A stretch of 64,000 nt of DNA from Nitriliruptoraceae bacterium (GTDB lineage Bacteria; Actinomycetota; Nitriliruptoria; Nitriliruptorales; Nitriliruptoraceae): the NCBI GenBank assembly GCA_003561535.1, contig PWWI01000002.1, forward strand, positions 43 through 64,042. Direction: 5' to 3'. The translations under genes were made by a program, and so were the position numbers. The notes beneath the pieces were generated by a model, which was not told the DNA's origin, made no database searches, and saw only the letters and a program-made list of their open reading frames with translations. Shown here one piece after another: positions 61,889 to 64,000 of the stretch. The first letter of the stretch is position 1, and each line of letters starts with the position of its first letter.

Positions 61889-63903
61889 CGTGCCTCCTCC
61901 AGCACCAGCACCCCGTGGGGGTCGACCTCGCCGACCTGCCAGGGGGCGATCCACACCGTTGCGTCCAGGCCGATGACCACGGCCGGCCCGCGCAGGCGCG
62001 CCCCCACCCCGAGCGCGGCCCGGTCGATCAGCTCGGCCCGCACCACCTCGCCGTCGGCGGCGACCACCTCGCGGGTGCCGAGCCGAGCGGCGGCCACGTC
62101 CCCGCCACCGGTCAGCGGCGGCAGCGGGAGCACGGGAGCGGGACCTTCGGCGCGGACCCTCAGCGCGATCACCTCGACGGAGGCGTCCGGTTGGTCGTAG
62201 CCGTACCGCTCCCGGTGGGCGGCGTGGAACCGCTCGGCCAGCGCCGCCGGGTCGGGGGTCCCGGTGACCTCCAGCTCGAAGGCCTGGCCGCGGTAGCGCA
62301 GATCCGCCCCCGCGTACACGGCGGCGACCTCCATCCCCTGGTCGGTCACGGCCCGGCGGGCATCGGCCTCCAGCTCCTCCCAGTCGGCTTCCAGCGACGC
62401 CGAGGTGGTCTCGGCGAGGTCGCCGAGGTGGGCCCGGGCCCGGTCGACGGTGACGGGCGCGGCCAGCAGGCCGAGTGCCGAGAGCACGCCCGGGTTGGGG
62501 GGCACGAGCACCCGGCGGCAGCCGAGTTCGGCGGCCAGCGCCGCCTGGTGCAGGGGGCCGGCCCCTCCGAAGGGCAGCAGGGCGAAGTCGCGGGGGTCGT
62601 GGCCGCGCTCGACCGAGACCACGCGCAGAGCCTGGGCCATCGCGGCATCGGTCACGGCCACGATGCCGGTGGCCGAGTCCCGCACCGAGAGGCCGAGCTC
62701 GGTGGCCAGGGCGGCCACGGCGGCCTCGGCGAGGTCCGCCCTGAGCGGCAGCGAGCCGCCGAGGCGCACGTCCGGGTCCAGCCGACCGAGCACCACGTTG
62801 GCATCGGTGACCGTGGCCTCGGTCCCCCCGGCGCCGTAGCAGGCCGGGCCGGGCTCGGCGCCGGCGGAACGGGGACCGACGCGCAGGGCCCCACCGTCGT
62901 CGCGCCAGGCCAGCGACCCCCCGCCGGCCCCGATCGTGTGGATGTCGGTGCTGGTGACCGCGAAGGGCAGCCCGCCGATCGCGCCGTCGGCGGTGGTGCG
63001 GGGGCGGCCCTCGGCGACCAGGGTGACGTCGGTCGAGGTCCCGCCGACATCGAAGGCGATCAGTGCAGGCTCCCCGCAGGCCGTCCCGAGCGCGGCCGCG
63101 CCCCAGGCACCCGCGGCCGGGCCGGACAGCACGGCCCGCACCGGTTCGCGGGCGGCGACCGCGGCCGTGGCCGTCCCGCCCCCGGAGCGCATCACCTCGA
63201 CGGGCACCGGCAGCCCTTCGTCGGCCAGGCGGTCGGACAGCGAGCCGAGGTAGCGGTGCATGCGGGGGGAGAGGTAGGCGTTCAGCACGACCGTCGAGGT
63301 GCGCTCGCCCTCACGCAGCACCGGCAGCAGCCGGCTCGCGCTGGTGACGGGCACGCCCAGTGGCTCGAGAGCCTCGGCCAGCCGGGCCTCGTGGGCACCG
63401 TCCAGGAACCCGAACAGCAGGCTGATCGCCACGGCCTCGGGCTCCAGCGCCGCGACCGCTGCGGCGACCCGGGCCACCTCGCCGTCGGTGAGCGGGAGGT
63501 GCACCGTGCCGTCGGCGTCGACGCGCTCGGCCACTTCGACGACCTGCTCGCGGGGCACGAGCGGGGTGGGGCGACGAGCGTCGAGCCGGTAGAGGTGGGG
63601 CCGGTCCTGGCGAGCGATGGCGAGCAGATCGCCGAACCCGGCGGTGGTGACCAGGACGGTGCGGGCGCCGTCGCGTTCCAGGACCGTGTTGGTGGCCACG
63701 GTCGTGCCGTGGACGAAGCGGGCCAGCGCGTCGACCGCGACCTCCGCGCGGGTGAGCGCGTCACCGATGCCATGGGCCTGGTCGGTGGGGGTGGACGGGA
63801 CCTTGGCGACGGTCAGGAGGTCCCCGGCGAGGTGGACGAGGTCGGTGAAGGTCCCCCCGACGTCGACACCGACGCGACCAGCGGGACCCTCCGGCGGGCT
63901 CAC
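61885..63903 (-). CDS. hyuA: Hydantoinase A / oxoprolinase family protein
   Basis: VGVDVGGTFTDLV, FDVGGTSTDV and HTIGAGGGS motifs. 672 aa. Confidence 0.9.
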   Translation of the reverse strand: MSPPEGPAGRVGVDVGGTFTDLVHLAGDLLTVAKVPSTPTDQAHGIGDALTRAEVAVDALARFVHGTTVATNTVLERDGARTVLVTTAGFGDLLAIARQDRPHLYRLDARRPTPLVPREQVVEVAERVDADGTVHLPLTDGEVARVAAAVAALEPEAVAISLLFGFLDGAHEARLAEALEPLGVPVTSASRLLPVLREGERTSTVVLNAYLSPRMHRYLGSLSDRLADEGLPVPVEVMRSGGGTATAAVAAREPVRAVLSGPAAGAWGAAALGTACGEPALIAFDVGGTSTDVTLVAEGRPRTTADGAIGGLPFAVTSTDIHTIGAGGGSLAWRDDGGALRVGPRSAGAEPGPACYGAGGTEATVTDANVVLGRLDPDVRLGGSLPLRADLAEAAVAALATELGLSVRDSATGIVAVTDAAMAQALRVVSVERGHDPRDFALLPFGGAGPLHQAALAAELGCRRVLVPPNPGVLSALGLLAAPVTVDRARAHLGDLAETTSASLEADWEELEADARRAVTDQGMEVAAVYAGADLRYRGQAFELEVTGTPDPAALAERFHAAHRERYGYDQPDASVEVIALRVRAEGPAPVLPLPPLTGGGDVAAARLGTREVVAADGEVVRAELIDRAALGVGARLRGPAVVIGLDATVWIAPWQVGEVDPHGVLVLEEAR

Positions 63904-64000
63904 ACGCGGCCGAAGCCGACGACGCCACGCCGGGTCAGCCCGTCGGAGCGGACCCGCACGTTGTTGCCGCTGTTGGGCGCCTCGACGACCTGGCCGTTGC
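63900..64000 (-). CDS. 3' end of an unidentified upstream gene (partial at window edge)
   Basis: The frame ending ...NGQVVEAPNSGNNVRVRSDGLTRRGVVGFGRV* has its TGA overlapping the hyuA GTG (GTGA). There is too little sequence to name a family. Confidence 0.4.
   Translation of the reverse strand, partial: NGQVVEAPNSGNNVRVRSDGLTRRGVVGFGRV

Overview
High-GC (roughly 70%+) actinobacterial chromosomal segment. It is densely coding and consists mostly of housekeeping genes. From memory, the gene order mirrors the mycobacterial lysS-coaX-panC-folK/B/P/E-ftsH-hpt-tilS ... holB-tmk-topA ... DEAD/DEAH helicase / Tad-like secretion / HAD-IB hydrolase region. I call about 60 CDS, many joined by ATGA/GTGA 4-nt overlaps, and one tRNA-Thr(CGU). 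I see no rRNA, no CRISPR array, and no transposase or integrase. The only mobile-like gene is a DUF222/HNH (REP13E12-like) ORF, and its promoter carries a perfect actinobacterial LexA SOS box. Four things stand out. (1) A Tad/Flp-like secretion cluster sits convergent with a DUF1998 SF2 helicase (the 'helicase/secretion neighbourhood'). Its architecture is atypical: a single TadB+TadC ORF with an Arg-rich repeat insert, long pilin leaders, and a degenerate CpaE P-loop. (2) GC-rich tandem-repeat arrays (periods 6-151 bp) are unusually dense and almost always abut gene 3' ends. (3) One ~470-bp array is built from a 45-nt hairpin module plus a canonical G-quadruplex module. (4) Two arginine-rich small ORFs that look paralogous lie beside a wHTH-dGTPase operon. 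Start codons were chosen by eye from RBS spacing, so several are uncertain. Long antisense or alternative-frame ORFs in the track are treated as GC-content artefacts.
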